From Luteimonas sp. (lineage in GTDB: Bacteria > Pseudomonadota > Gammaproteobacteria > Xanthomonadales > Xanthomonadaceae): a DNA stretch of 64,000 nt. A program made the translations under genes and the position numbers. The stretch covers positions 23,311-87,310 of the forward strand of contig JAYRKR010000001.1 of assembly GCA_041905645.1 (NCBI GenBank), in the 5' to 3' direction. Below the pieces are notes generated by a model. It did no database searches, had not been told where the DNA came from, and saw only the letters and a list, made by a program, of their open reading frames with translations. Positions 26,482-35,946 of this stretch are shown in pieces. Within the stretch, counting starts at the first letter, position 1, and every line of letters begins with the position of its first letter.

Positions 26482-27414
26482 TCATGCGAACACTCCCTGT
26501 TGCCGCGCGTGCGCGACCCGAACCGCCAGTCCGCAGGACAGCAGCCGGGTCAGCCGGCTGTCCGCACGGCTGGTGAGAATGATCGGGACGCGCGCGCCCA
26601 GCACCAGTCCGGCGGCCTCGGCCTTGCCGAAGAAAATCAGCTGCTTGGCGAGCATGTTGCCCGCTTCCAGGTTCGGCATCAGCAGCACGTCGGCATCGCC
26701 GGCGACTTCCGACACGATGCCCTTTTCATCGGCGGCCTTGCGTGAAATGGCGTTGTCGAACGCAAGCGGGCCGTCGATCAGCGCAGCTTCGATCTGCCCG
26801 CGCTGCGCCATCTTCGACAGGCAGGCGGCGTCGATCGTGGCCGGCATGTCCGGGTTCACCGTCTCAACGGCTGCCAGCACCGCGATCTTCGGGACGGCAT
26901 CGGCGCCGCGCAGGGCCTTGAACAAGTGGACCGCGTTGCGCGCGATGTCGGCCTTTTCCGCCAGCCCGGGCGCCAGGTTGATGACGCCGTCGGTGACCAT
27001 GAACGGCTTGTGGTACGCATGGTCGATGAAGGCGTAGACATGGCTCATCCGGCGCTCGGTGCGCAGCGGCCTGGCGGCGATCACGGCCCTGAGCAGTTCG
27101 TCCGTGTGCAGCGCGCCCTTCATCAGCGCCCGCACCCCGCCCTCCGCCGCCAGCGTGCAGGCAAGCACGGCGGCGGCATGGCTGTGCTCGACGTCGTGCA
27201 GCGGCCAGTCGCCGATGTCCACCCCGGCATCGGCGGCGGCGGCGCGGATGCGCGCTTCCGGACCGACCAGCACCGGTTCGATCAGGCCCTCGGCGGCCGC
27301 GTCGCGAGCGGCTTCGATGGCGCTCGCCTTGACCGGATGCACGATCGCGGTGCGCAGCGCCGGCATCGTGCTGCAGGCGTCGAGCAGTTCGCGGGAAGTG
27401 GGCAGGCGGGTCAT
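26482..27414 (-). CDS. Phosphate acetyl/butyryl-transferase family protein (PTA_PTB domain only)
   Basis: 310 aa. MKGALHTDELL, MVTDGVINLAP and ILTSRADS are motifs of Pta/Ptb. The start overlaps the upstream OMF stop (ATGA). Confidence 0.8.
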   Translation of the reverse strand: MTRLPTSRELLDACSTMPALRTAIVHPVKASAIEAARDAAAEGLIEPVLVGPEARIRAAAADAGVDIGDWPLHDVEHSHAAAVLACTLAAEGGVRALMKGALHTDELLRAVIAARPLRTERRMSHVYAFIDHAYHKPFMVTDGVINLAPGLAEKADIARNAVHLFKALRGADAVPKIAVLAAVETVNPDMPATIDAACLSKMAQRGQIEAALIDGPLAFDNAISRKAADEKGIVSEVAGDADVLLMPNLEAGNMLAKQLIFFGKAEAAGLVLGARVPIILTSRADSRLTRLLSCGLAVRVAHARQQGVFA

Positions 27415-28892
27415 GAGCCCGCTCCTTCGGAATCGCCGTCGGATGCCATCGCGCCGGTCGTTTGCCAGCCGCCACCCAGCGCCTTGAACAGCGCGACCAG
27501 GTCGATGGCGGTAGCGGTGTGGGTCCGGGCGTAGACATCCTCGGCATCGCGCAGGACCCGCTCCTCGGCCAGCAGGTCGACGAGCGCGATGTCGCCGGCT
27601 TCGAAACGGGCCCGCGCGTGACCGTAGCTGCGGCGCGCGGCTTCCACCGCCGCACGCCGGCCCTGCACCGCATCCAGGCCGAGCCGGTAGTCGCTCAGCG
27701 CGCGCTCCGCGTCGCCCAGGGCGGCCAGTACGGCGTGTTCGTACGCGAGGGCGGCTTGCTGTTGCCGCGCCTCGCTGGCGCGGATCTCCGCGCGTACGCG
27801 ACCGCCGTCGAACACGCGCCAAGAGATCAGCGGCACGATCGAAAAGGTCTGGCTGGCCGATTCGAACAAATTGCCGGCATCCAGCGACTGGAAACCGCCG
27901 CCGGCGCCGATCGACAGTTTCGGGAACAGCTCCGCCGTGGCCACGCCGATGTCGGCGGTGCGGGCGGCTAGGCGACGCTCGGCGGCACGCACGTCCGGCC
28001 GGCGACGCAGGATGTCGGCGCGTTCGCCCACGGGTATCGGCGCCAGCGCGATCTCCGGCGTGGTGGTGTCCAGCAGCGCCAGCTCGCGCTCCGGCGGCGC
28101 GCCGAGCAGTACGCCCAGTCCCAGCGCGGAGGCGCGCAGCCGCGCGCGGATCCCGGGCAGGCCGGCGGCGGCGGCGGCCAGTCGCGACTGCGCGGCGTCG
28201 ACATCGGCCTGCGCGGCGTCGCCCGCCTCCAGGCGCCTGCGCACCAGATCGAGCGTCTGCTGCAGGGTGTCGACCGAGGTTTCGCGCGCGGCCAGCTCAC
28301 GCTGCGCGCCCCGGAGCGTGAGATAGCTGCGCGCGACTTCGGCGGCAACGCTGATGCGCGCATCGAGCGCATCGGCCTGCGCGGCCTGTACGCTGGCCTC
28401 GGCGCTTTCAACCGCGCGCCGGGTCCTGCCGAACAGATCGATTTCCCAGGCGGCGTCGAAGCCGGCATCGTAGATCGTCTGGTCGCGTTCGAGCCCGGGA
28501 ATGGAACCGATCGGCAGCGGTCCGTTCTCGCTCTGCCGGCGCCGGGTTACGCTGGTCCCGGCATCGACCGACGGCGCGTAACCGCCGGCGGCCCGGTCGC
28601 GCAGCGCGCGCGCCTCGCGGATGCGCGCCTGCGCCTGCCGCAGGTCGAGATTGTCCGACAGCGCCTCGGCCACCAGCCGGTCCAGGACGGGGTCGCCCAG
28701 CGAAGTCCACCACGCCGACAATTCGACCTGTGCGTCCGCCGCGGCGGCCGATTGCGTCCAGCCGCTGCCCGTGTCGACCGGCGGCGGCTCGCGATAGTCG
28801 GGGCCGACGGCGCAGGCGCCCAGCAGCAACGCACACAGTGCGGCAGCCGGCGCACGCGCAGGGCGGCACCGCATGAACGATGTGGTTTCCAT
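27411..28892 (-). CDS. Efflux outer-membrane factor lipoprotein (NodT family)
   Basis: METTSF... with lipobox LLLGACAVGPDY, TolC-like repeats, and GAAGGAG 5 nt upstream of the ATG. Confidence 0.85.
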   Translation of the reverse strand: METTSFMRCRPARAPAAALCALLLGACAVGPDYREPPPVDTGSGWTQSAAAADAQVELSAWWTSLGDPVLDRLVAEALSDNLDLRQAQARIREARALRDRAAGGYAPSVDAGTSVTRRRQSENGPLPIGSIPGLERDQTIYDAGFDAAWEIDLFGRTRRAVESAEASVQAAQADALDARISVAAEVARSYLTLRGAQRELAARETSVDTLQQTLDLVRRRLEAGDAAQADVDAAQSRLAAAAAGLPGIRARLRASALGLGVLLGAPPERELALLDTTTPEIALAPIPVGERADILRRRPDVRAAERRLAARTADIGVATAELFPKLSIGAGGGFQSLDAGNLFESASQTFSIVPLISWRVFDGGRVRAEIRASEARQQQAALAYEHAVLAALGDAERALSDYRLGLDAVQGRRAAVEAARRSYGHARARFEAGDIALVDLLAEERVLRDAEDVYARTHTATAIDLVALFKALGGGWQTTGAMASDGDSEGAGS

Positions 28893-28932
28893 GACAACTC
28901 CTTCAGGAAGGGTCGTGTTCATTGGCGGCGGC

Positions 28933-30057
28933 TCATTGCAGGCGGCCGCGGACAAACACGGTGGCCATCGTCAGCGTCACCAGCGCGATCACCGCCAGCG
29001 GCCAGGTATTGGCGATGATGTCAGAAGCGGGCATCGCCTTGAGGAACGTGCCTTCGACGATGACCAGGAAGTGGGTGAGCGGAATCCCCTGCGCCATCCA
29101 CTGGAGCACCAGGGGCATGTTTTCCACCGGCGTGGCGAAACCCGACATCAGCACCGCCGGCACACCGATGGCGAAGGCGCCGAGGATCGCCTGCTGCTGG
29201 GTCGCGGAAACCGCGGAGATCATCAGCCCGATGCCCACCACCGACAGGATGAACAGCAGCAGGCTCGGCAGCAGCAGCCAGAACGAGCCGGTAAAGGGGA
29301 CGCCGAACAGGAACGCCGCCGCGGCGACCATCATCAATCCCAGCACTGCGCCGATGGCGACCGCCGGTACGGTCTTGGCGACGATGATTTCCAGGGTAGT
29401 GGTCGGCGAGACCAGCAGCTGGTCGAAGGTACCCAGCTCGCGTTCGCGGGCGATCGACAGCGCCGTGATCATCAGCGCGCTGAAGAAAACCAGGATTCCC
29501 GACAGGGCCGGCACCACGAACCAGCGGTAGATCAGGTTGGGATTGAACCAGTGGCGGACGACCACGGGCGCCGCGCGCTGCGGCTCCTTCCTGGCAGCGC
29601 TACCCACGTCTGCGGCGATGGCGTTGAGATACCCCACCGTGATCTGACCGGCATTGCTGCGCCGGCCGTCGACGATGACCTGCACCGTTCCCGTGCCTCC
29701 TGCGGCGATGTCGCGTGAAAAGTCCGGCCCCATGTCGAGCGCGGCAATGACCTTGCGCTCGTCGATCATTGCACGCAGCTCATCGCGGCTGTGCACCGTG
29801 CGCACTTCGCTGACGAAATCGGCCGCGCCCACGCGCGCCACCAGCTCGTGCGACCAGCGGCCGGCGTCGCGGTCGTAAACGGCGATATCGGCGTTGCGTA
29901 CTTCCAGGGTGGTGGCGAATGTGAAGATCAACAGCTGCATCAGCGGCGGCACGAACACGATGATGCGACTGCGGGGATCGCGCAGGATGCTGAGGAGTTC
30001 CTTGACGATCTGGGCGCGCAGGCGGCCATTGACGAGTGTGTTGAGCAGACGTCGCAT
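28933..30057 (-). CDS. ABC-2 type transporter permease (YbhR-like)
   Basis: 374 aa. LRAQIVKELLSILRDPRSRIIVFVPPLMQLLIF is a typical ABC-2 N-terminus. Confidence 0.85.
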   Translation of the reverse strand: MRRLLNTLVNGRLRAQIVKELLSILRDPRSRIIVFVPPLMQLLIFTFATTLEVRNADIAVYDRDAGRWSHELVARVGAADFVSEVRTVHSRDELRAMIDERKVIAALDMGPDFSRDIAAGGTGTVQVIVDGRRSNAGQITVGYLNAIAADVGSAARKEPQRAAPVVVRHWFNPNLIYRWFVVPALSGILVFFSALMITALSIARERELGTFDQLLVSPTTTLEIIVAKTVPAVAIGAVLGLMMVAAAAFLFGVPFTGSFWLLLPSLLLFILSVVGIGLMISAVSATQQQAILGAFAIGVPAVLMSGFATPVENMPLVLQWMAQGIPLTHFLVIVEGTFLKAMPASDIIANTWPLAVIALVTLTMATVFVRGRLQ

Positions 30058-30060
30058 CGC

Positions 30061-31251
30061 TCAAGGCTCCAGGTTCTTGCGTGTCTTGCTCTTCGCGATC
30101 ACGAAGAAGAGCACGCCGATCGCCATCATGGCCGCCAGATTCGGCAGGAACACCGCCCAGACGTCGCCGGCCAGGAACACCGTCTGCAAAGAGGACACGA
30201 AGTAGCGCGCCGGTATCACGTAGGTGATCGCCTGGATGGCGGCGGGCATGGCGTCGATCTCGAACAGGAAGCCCGAGAGCAGGAAGGACGGCAGGAAGCC
30301 GGAGAACAGCGCGATCTGCGAGGCGAGGAACTGGTTCCTGGTGACGGCCGAGATCAGCAGGCCCTGGCCGAGCGCGGGGACCAGGAAGACGGCCGACAGC
30401 GTCAGCAGCGCCAGCAGCGAACCGCGCAAGGGCACATCGAACACGAAGATCGCAAGCGCCGCGGACCCGAGCGTGGCGAGCATGCCAAGGATGAAATACG
30501 GCAGCAGTTTGCCGATCAGGATCTCCGCCACCGAAGCCGGGGTCGACAGGATGGCCTCCATCGTGCCCCGCTCCCACTCGCGCGCGACCACCAGCGCGGT
30601 AAGCATGGTGCCGATGATCGTCATCACGATGGCGATGGCGCCGGGCACCAGCGCGCGACGGCTTTCAAGTTCGGGGTTGAACCAGTAGCGTGGCTCCAGC
30701 CGGATGGCCGCCGCGGGCGCGCCGGAATGGCGGCCTGCCCCCCAGGTCTGCACGACCCCCTGGGCGTAATTGGCGACGAAGTTGGCGGTATTGGGCTGCG
30801 AACCGTCGGTGATCACCTGTACCAGTGGTTGCGGTATCCGGGACGCCAGCCGGCGCTCGAAGTCCTGCGGAATCACCACGAAACCGCGCAGCTTGCCGGA
30901 GACGACCTGATCGGCGACCTCGCGACGGTCGCGCGCGGGCGTGACTTTCAGGTAGCGGGTGCCGGCGAAGGCGGCGGCCAGCGACTGCGCCGATGCCGCA
31001 TCGGATTCCAGCACCACGCCGATCCGCACCTCGCGCACGTCCAGCGACACCGCATAGGCGAACAGGAACAGCAGCACCACCGGCAGCACGAAGGCGATCA
31101 GGATGGTGGACGGATCGCGCATCGCCTGCAGGCTTTCCTTGCGCACCAGCGCCATCAGGCGGCGCCAGTCGAATTTGCGGCTGGCCTGCTCGCGGTTGGC
31201 TTGCCCACCCTGCGCGCCGCCTGCGTGGACACTGGTAGTCTCGCCGCTCAT
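30061..31251 (-). CDS. ABC-2 type transporter permease (YbhS-like)
   Basis: 396 aa. LMALVRKESLQAMRDPSTILIAFVLPVVLL. The start overlaps the ATPase stop (ATGA). Confidence 0.85.
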   Translation of the reverse strand: MSGETTSVHAGGAQGGQANREQASRKFDWRRLMALVRKESLQAMRDPSTILIAFVLPVVLLFLFAYAVSLDVREVRIGVVLESDAASAQSLAAAFAGTRYLKVTPARDRREVADQVVSGKLRGFVVIPQDFERRLASRIPQPLVQVITDGSQPNTANFVANYAQGVVQTWGAGRHSGAPAAAIRLEPRYWFNPELESRRALVPGAIAIVMTIIGTMLTALVVAREWERGTMEAILSTPASVAEILIGKLLPYFILGMLATLGSAALAIFVFDVPLRGSLLALLTLSAVFLVPALGQGLLISAVTRNQFLASQIALFSGFLPSFLLSGFLFEIDAMPAAIQAITYVIPARYFVSSLQTVFLAGDVWAVFLPNLAAMMAIGVLFFVIAKSKTRKNLEP

Positions 31252-33038
31252 GCCGCCGCCTTGGCGTTTGCGCGCGCCTCGTCTTCGAGATCGGCCGACT
31301 CGACCAGATGGATGAAGGCGTCTTCCATCGTCGGATCGGGATGCTTGTCGCTGCGCGAATCGCGCTTGAGCGCGTCGGGCGTGTCGAGGGCGATCAGTTT
31401 CGCGCGATACATCATCGCCACCCGGTCGCAGTACTCGGCCTCGTCCATGAAATGGGTGGTGACCATCACCGTCACGCCCTTGCGGGCCAGGCCGTTGATG
31501 TGGGTCCAGAACTCGCGCCGGGTGATCGGATCGACGCCGGAGGTCGGCTCGTCGAGGAACAGCACCGGCGGGCGGTGCATCAGCGAACAAGCCAGCGCCA
31601 GGCGCTGCTTGTAGCCCAGCGGCAGCGAGTCCGGTGAGGCGGCGAGGTATTGCTTCAGGTCGAAGGTCTCGATCATCTCGTCGATGCGCTCGCGCTTGAC
31701 GGCGCCCTCCAGCCCGTAGACGCCGGCGGAGAATTCGAGGTTCTGCCGTACCGTCAGCAAGCCGTACAGGGAGAACTTTTGCGCCATGTAGCCAAGTCGG
31801 CTCTTGGCTGCTCCCGTGGCGTGGCGCAGGTCGTGCCCGACGACGTGGGCCTCGCCTTCGGTGGGCTTCAACAGCCCGCACAGCATCTTGAAGGTCGTCG
31901 ACTTGCCGGCGCCGTTGGGGCCAAGCAGGCCGAAGATCTCGCCCTTGCCGACTTCGAAGCTCACGCTGTCGGTCGCGGTGAAATCGCCGAAGCGTTTGGT
32001 CAGATTCTTGCAGGACACCGCGATGTCCGATTCGAGCTCGACCGGGCCGATGCGCGCGGCCAGCGCGGACGTGCCCCCGGGGCCGCCGCCCAGTAGATCG
32101 ATGAAGGCGTCCTCGAAGCGCGGCTGCACCGGCTCGAGTCTTGCGCCTACCTCGTCGGCCAGCGCATCGATCTCTTCGCATCCGGCATCGGCGCGCAGCA
32201 CCACGCGCACGGCGTCGCCCTGGATCACGCCGTCGCCGACGCTGCGCAGGTCCAGTACCCGGGACAACACGGCGCGGCGCTCGTTGCTGACGCCCGTCAG
32301 CCGGAAGCTGCGCTGCTTGATGCGATCGGTGAGCTCCTGCGGCGGGCCGTCGAACTCGAGCTTGCCTTCGTTGAGCAGCAGCACGCTCTCGCAGCGCTCG
32401 GCCTCGTCGAGGTAGGCCGTCGACCAGACCACGGCCATGCCGTCGTCAGTAAGCTCCTGCACCATGCGCCACAGATCCTGGCGGCTGACCGGATCGACGC
32501 CGACGCTGGGTTCGTCCAGCAGCAGCACTTCGGGCTTGGCCATCAGCGCGCACGCCAGGCCGAGCTTCTGCTTCATGCCGCCGGACAGCTTGCCGGCAAG
32601 GCGTTTGGTGAACGGACCGAGCCGGGTGAATTCAAGCAGGCTTCCGAAGGTATCGCCATGCCGATCCGCGTCCATGCCGCGCAGCTGCGCGTACAGGCGC
32701 ATGTTCTCCATCACCGACAGGTCCTCGTAGAGGCCGAAGCGCTGGGGCATGTAGCCGCTGACGATGTGGATGGCGTCGTTGTCGTCGACCACGTCGAAGC
32801 CGGCCAGCGCGACGCTGCCGCCATCGGGCACCAGCAGGCCGGTCATGATCCGCATCAAAGTGGTCTTGCCGGCACCGTCCGGGCCTACCAGGCCGGTGAG
32901 GCGGCCGTAGCGGACCTCGGCGCTGAGGCCGCGCAGGGCCTGGACCTCGCCGAAGCGCTTGACGAGGTTGTCGATGACGACCGCGGGGGCGTCCCTGCCG
33001 CGCGCGCGCGATGGATCGTTGGAGGTGTGCGCATTCAT
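31248..33038 (-). CDS. Duplicated-domain ABC transporter ATP-binding protein (YbhF-like)
   Basis: Two Walker A sites (GPDGAGKTT, GPNGAGKST) and two LSGGMKQ/YKQRL signature regions. 596 aa. Confidence 0.9.
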   Translation of the reverse strand: MNAHTSNDPSRARGRDAPAVVIDNLVKRFGEVQALRGLSAEVRYGRLTGLVGPDGAGKTTLMRIMTGLLVPDGGSVALAGFDVVDDNDAIHIVSGYMPQRFGLYEDLSVMENMRLYAQLRGMDADRHGDTFGSLLEFTRLGPFTKRLAGKLSGGMKQKLGLACALMAKPEVLLLDEPSVGVDPVSRQDLWRMVQELTDDGMAVVWSTAYLDEAERCESVLLLNEGKLEFDGPPQELTDRIKQRSFRLTGVSNERRAVLSRVLDLRSVGDGVIQGDAVRVVLRADAGCEEIDALADEVGARLEPVQPRFEDAFIDLLGGGPGGTSALAARIGPVELESDIAVSCKNLTKRFGDFTATDSVSFEVGKGEIFGLLGPNGAGKSTTFKMLCGLLKPTEGEAHVVGHDLRHATGAAKSRLGYMAQKFSLYGLLTVRQNLEFSAGVYGLEGAVKRERIDEMIETFDLKQYLAASPDSLPLGYKQRLALACSLMHRPPVLFLDEPTSGVDPITRREFWTHINGLARKGVTVMVTTHFMDEAEYCDRVAMMYRAKLIALDTPDALKRDSRSDKHPDPTMEDAFIHLVESADLEDEARANAKAAA

Positions 33039-34072
33039 CTCAGCGGCCTTGCGCGCTTGTCGACGGTCGGGGCAACATCGACATCGACCGTCACCGGCAT
33101 GCCCTGGCGCAGGCCCTGATCGGCATCGGCAACCACCACGCGCAGCCGGTAGACCAGATCGGTGCGCAAGTCGGTGGTCTCCACCGTTTTCGGGGTGAAC
33201 TCCGCGCGCGGCGAGATGAAGCCGATCTGGCCGCGATAGACCTTGTCGGAGGAGTCGGTGTGCACGCGCACCTTCGCGCCCGGCGCGATGCGGCCCAGGT
33301 CCGGTTCGCTGACATACGCGCGCACATACACCGGATCGCGCAGGCTCAGGCTGTACACGGTGGTGCTGCTCGCCACCATGGAGCCCGGTTCGCGAATCCG
33401 CGCGATCACGGTGGCATTGCCGGGCGCCACGAGCCTGGTGTCGGCCAGCGCGGTGCGCGCCTGCGCCAGCGCGGCGGCCGCCGCGGCCACCCGCGCCTGG
33501 CCGGCGGCGATGTCTTCGCTTCGAAAGCCATCCCGGGCCAGCGACAGGGCCGACCTTGCCGAGGCCAAGCTGGCCGCCGCCTGGTCGCGCGCGGCACGCG
33601 CGGCGTCGACGGTGCGCTGGCTGCTGGCGCCCGATTCGAGCAGTACATTCTGGCGCCTGAAATTGCGCTCGGCTTCGTCAAAGCCCGCCTGCGCCCGGCG
33701 CACGGTCTCCTGCGCCTGCGCGATTTCCTGCGGACGATTGCCGCTGCGCAGCTTGTCCAGTCCGGCCTGCGCCGCTTGCAGCTCGGCCTGGGCCGCGGCC
33801 AGCTTCTCGCGATAAGGCCCGGCGTCGAGTCGCGCCATGACATCGCCGGCGGCGACGGTGTCGCCCTCGTCGAAGGCCATGCTCGCCACGCGGCCGGGCT
33901 GGCGGAATGACAGTTCGACCTCGCGGATGTCAACGTTGCCGTACAGGCGCAGAACGCCATCATCGCCGCCGTCGCGCAGCAGCCACCACAGCAGCAGGCC
34001 GGCGATGGCCGCTGCGGCGACGGCAATCAGTATCCAGCGGGTCTTCCCGTTGGGGAGGCTTGGAATCTTCAT
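33035..34072 (-). CDS. HlyD-family membrane fusion protein (YbhG-like)
   Basis: N-terminal TM helix, a coiled-coil AQAELQAAQA region, and a lipoyl-like fold. 345 aa. The stop overlaps the ATPase start. Confidence 0.85.
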   Translation of the reverse strand: MKIPSLPNGKTRWILIAVAAAAIAGLLLWWLLRDGGDDGVLRLYGNVDIREVELSFRQPGRVASMAFDEGDTVAAGDVMARLDAGPYREKLAAAQAELQAAQAGLDKLRSGNRPQEIAQAQETVRRAQAGFDEAERNFRRQNVLLESGASSQRTVDAARAARDQAAASLASARSALSLARDGFRSEDIAAGQARVAAAAAALAQARTALADTRLVAPGNATVIARIREPGSMVASSTTVYSLSLRDPVYVRAYVSEPDLGRIAPGAKVRVHTDSSDKVYRGQIGFISPRAEFTPKTVETTDLRTDLVYRLRVVVADADQGLRQGMPVTVDVDVAPTVDKRARPLR

Positions 34073-34201
34073 CGATCTGTTCCCGGCAGCAAGAGATTTT
34101 CAATGCGTTTGTGGCGTAGGCATTCCTGGATCGCCTCCAGTACTGCGCGCAAGATATTTGGCCGGCAAGGCAATGCGGCGGCAGACAAGAATTGCGTCGC
34201 C

Positions 34202-34666
34202 TCATGGTTGTCCATCGAAATGTTCCTGGAAAGGTTTACGGAATTGCTGATGGCAGGCCAGGCAGGTTCCCTGCAGAGTCGCAAATTTCGAGATCACCGC
34301 CTTGCCATCGCTGCGAACGGCAGCCTCACCCAACGCACTCGCTGCCAAGTGAGTCTGCTTGTCGTACTGCTTGAAGCTGCCCGCATTGCTGCCGACGAAT
34401 GCCAAGATGCGCATCCGTTCGCCCATCGGCGGCTGCGGATGATTGGCGATCCGCGGCGCGGTCTTGGCGACCAGCACCCAGTCTTCACGGGCAATGCCGT
34501 CGGTGATGGCCTGCATGTCCTTGCCGAGGTCCTGCATGATCTTGCGCAACGCCAGCGGCTTGGCCTTGTCCGCGTCCGCGGCTCGGGCCAGCGGATAGGC
34601 CCCTGCCAGCAGCGCGCCGGCGACCGCGGTCGCCAAACATGCCTTGAACAGTTGATGACGTTGCAT
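34202..34666 (-). CDS. Class II cytochrome c (cytochrome c'/c-556 type)
   Basis: 154 aa with a signal peptide, a four-helix-bundle-like sequence, and a single heme site CLACH near the C-terminus. Confidence 0.75.
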   Translation of the reverse strand: MQRHQLFKACLATAVAGALLAGAYPLARAADADKAKPLALRKIMQDLGKDMQAITDGIAREDWVLVAKTAPRIANHPQPPMGERMRILAFVGSNAGSFKQYDKQTHLAASALGEAAVRSDGKAVISKFATLQGTCLACHQQFRKPFQEHFDGQP

Positions 34667-34737
34667 GAAGGTCTCCTCGAGCGGTTGGTCGGGGCGGCTG
34701 ATGCCGCATCTGCTTCGCGTGCGCATCGCGCGCGCCA

Positions 34738-35946
34738 CTAGAATTCGATGCTCACGGCGATGGAGCCGTAAGCCTGGTTGTCGTCCTGCTCCTCGAACTC
34801 GCGCGTGCGGTAGACGTGCATCACGGCCAGTCTCACGCCATGCTTCGCCACGATGGCCTGGGCGCTGAACCCGATCGCCGCCTGCGCGACCCAGGGCCGG
34901 CGGGTCACGCCGGGGCCTGAACGGAACAGGTTGCCGTCGAGCGAAAAGTCGTAACCGACGGCCTTGGCTTCCACGATCGCGAACAGGTGCGCGCCGGGAC
35001 GCGGCCGACCGGCGGACGCCACCGAAGCGCCGCGGTCGGCATGCAGCGAGGTCGCCGACGGCGGACGGTTCTCGGCGCCCGGCCGGAGCGGATAGCTGCC
35101 GAAATCGTTGGGCAGGTTCCAACCGACGCGGCCCTCGATGCCCGCGGTGGCGGACGTCTCGATGTTGCCGAGCCGCAGCCCCAGCATGCGAATCGAATCG
35201 GCGGAAAACCCCGGAACGACCGCCCCGGAGCCGCGGAAAGGGCGGAACTTGCGGTCCACGGCCAGCTGGAAGGCCGGCTCGTTCTTCAACTGATTGTCCC
35301 AGCCCAGGAACCGGTCTTCGCCGATCGCATCGTGGATCAGGTTCTGGGACTGCTCGGCCAGCGACCAGGGGCCGATCACGCCCAGGGTGATCTCGCGCGT
35401 ATCGAGCATTTCACGATTCGATCCAGGTTGGTGCCGGCGCCGGTTCCACGCCAGGCCCGTGTACAGCAATCCCGCATAGGGCCGGTCATCGGCGATCAGG
35501 TCGGTCCGGCTGTAGTCTTCGGGCGTGTAAATGGACTGGCCGAAGCGGACCACCACGTTCTGCGTGCCCGGAACATCGTCGGCATCGCTCCAGAATCCCG
35601 GATTGACCAGTTCGATGAGTCGCGCATGCAGCCGGATCGGCGCGGGCAGGCATACGGGCCGCAGTTCGCCGGACATGTCGTGCGACACCAGGGTCAACGC
35701 CACGCCGTTGGTGTAGTTTTGGTCGGTACCGGTGAACAGATCGTTTTCCAGCCGTGCGGTGCCGCCACGCAATCGGGGCGTCTGTTCCCGCGTGCAGTCT
35801 CCCGCGCCGACCGCGTCGCCGGCCGCTTGCGCCTGCGCGGGCGAGAGCAGCAGAGCGCCTATCGCCAGCGCCAACGCAGGTCGCCCCGCCAGGCCAGGCC
35901 GGGCAGACGGGTTCGCCGCGAACGGACCGGGCGCGCGCATGCTCAT
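34738..35946 (-). CDS. Lipid A deacylase LpxR-family outer-membrane protein (DUF2219)
   Basis: Signal peptide. LENDLFTGTDQNYTNGVALTL and DDRPYAGLLY motifs. The start overlaps the LOG stop (ATGA). Confidence 0.75.
   Translation of the reverse strand: MSMRAPGPFAANPSARPGLAGRPALALAIGALLLSPAQAQAAGDAVGAGDCTREQTPRLRGGTARLENDLFTGTDQNYTNGVALTLVSHDMSGELRPVCLPAPIRLHARLIELVNPGFWSDADDVPGTQNVVVRFGQSIYTPEDYSRTDLIADDRPYAGLLYTGLAWNRRRHQPGSNREMLDTREITLGVIGPWSLAEQSQNLIHDAIGEDRFLGWDNQLKNEPAFQLAVDRKFRPFRGSGAVVPGFSADSIRMLGLRLGNIETSATAGIEGRVGWNLPNDFGSYPLRPGAENRPPSATSLHADRGASVASAGRPRPGAHLFAIVEAKAVGYDFSLDGNLFRSGPGVTRRPWVAQAAIGFSAQAIVAKHGVRLAVMHVYRTREFEEQDDNQAYGSIAVSIEF

Noticed and set aside
32845-32858. FNR-like match ATGATCCGCATCAA
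   Set aside because: It lies inside the ABC ATPase coding sequence with no downstream gene start, so it is probably a chance occurrence.
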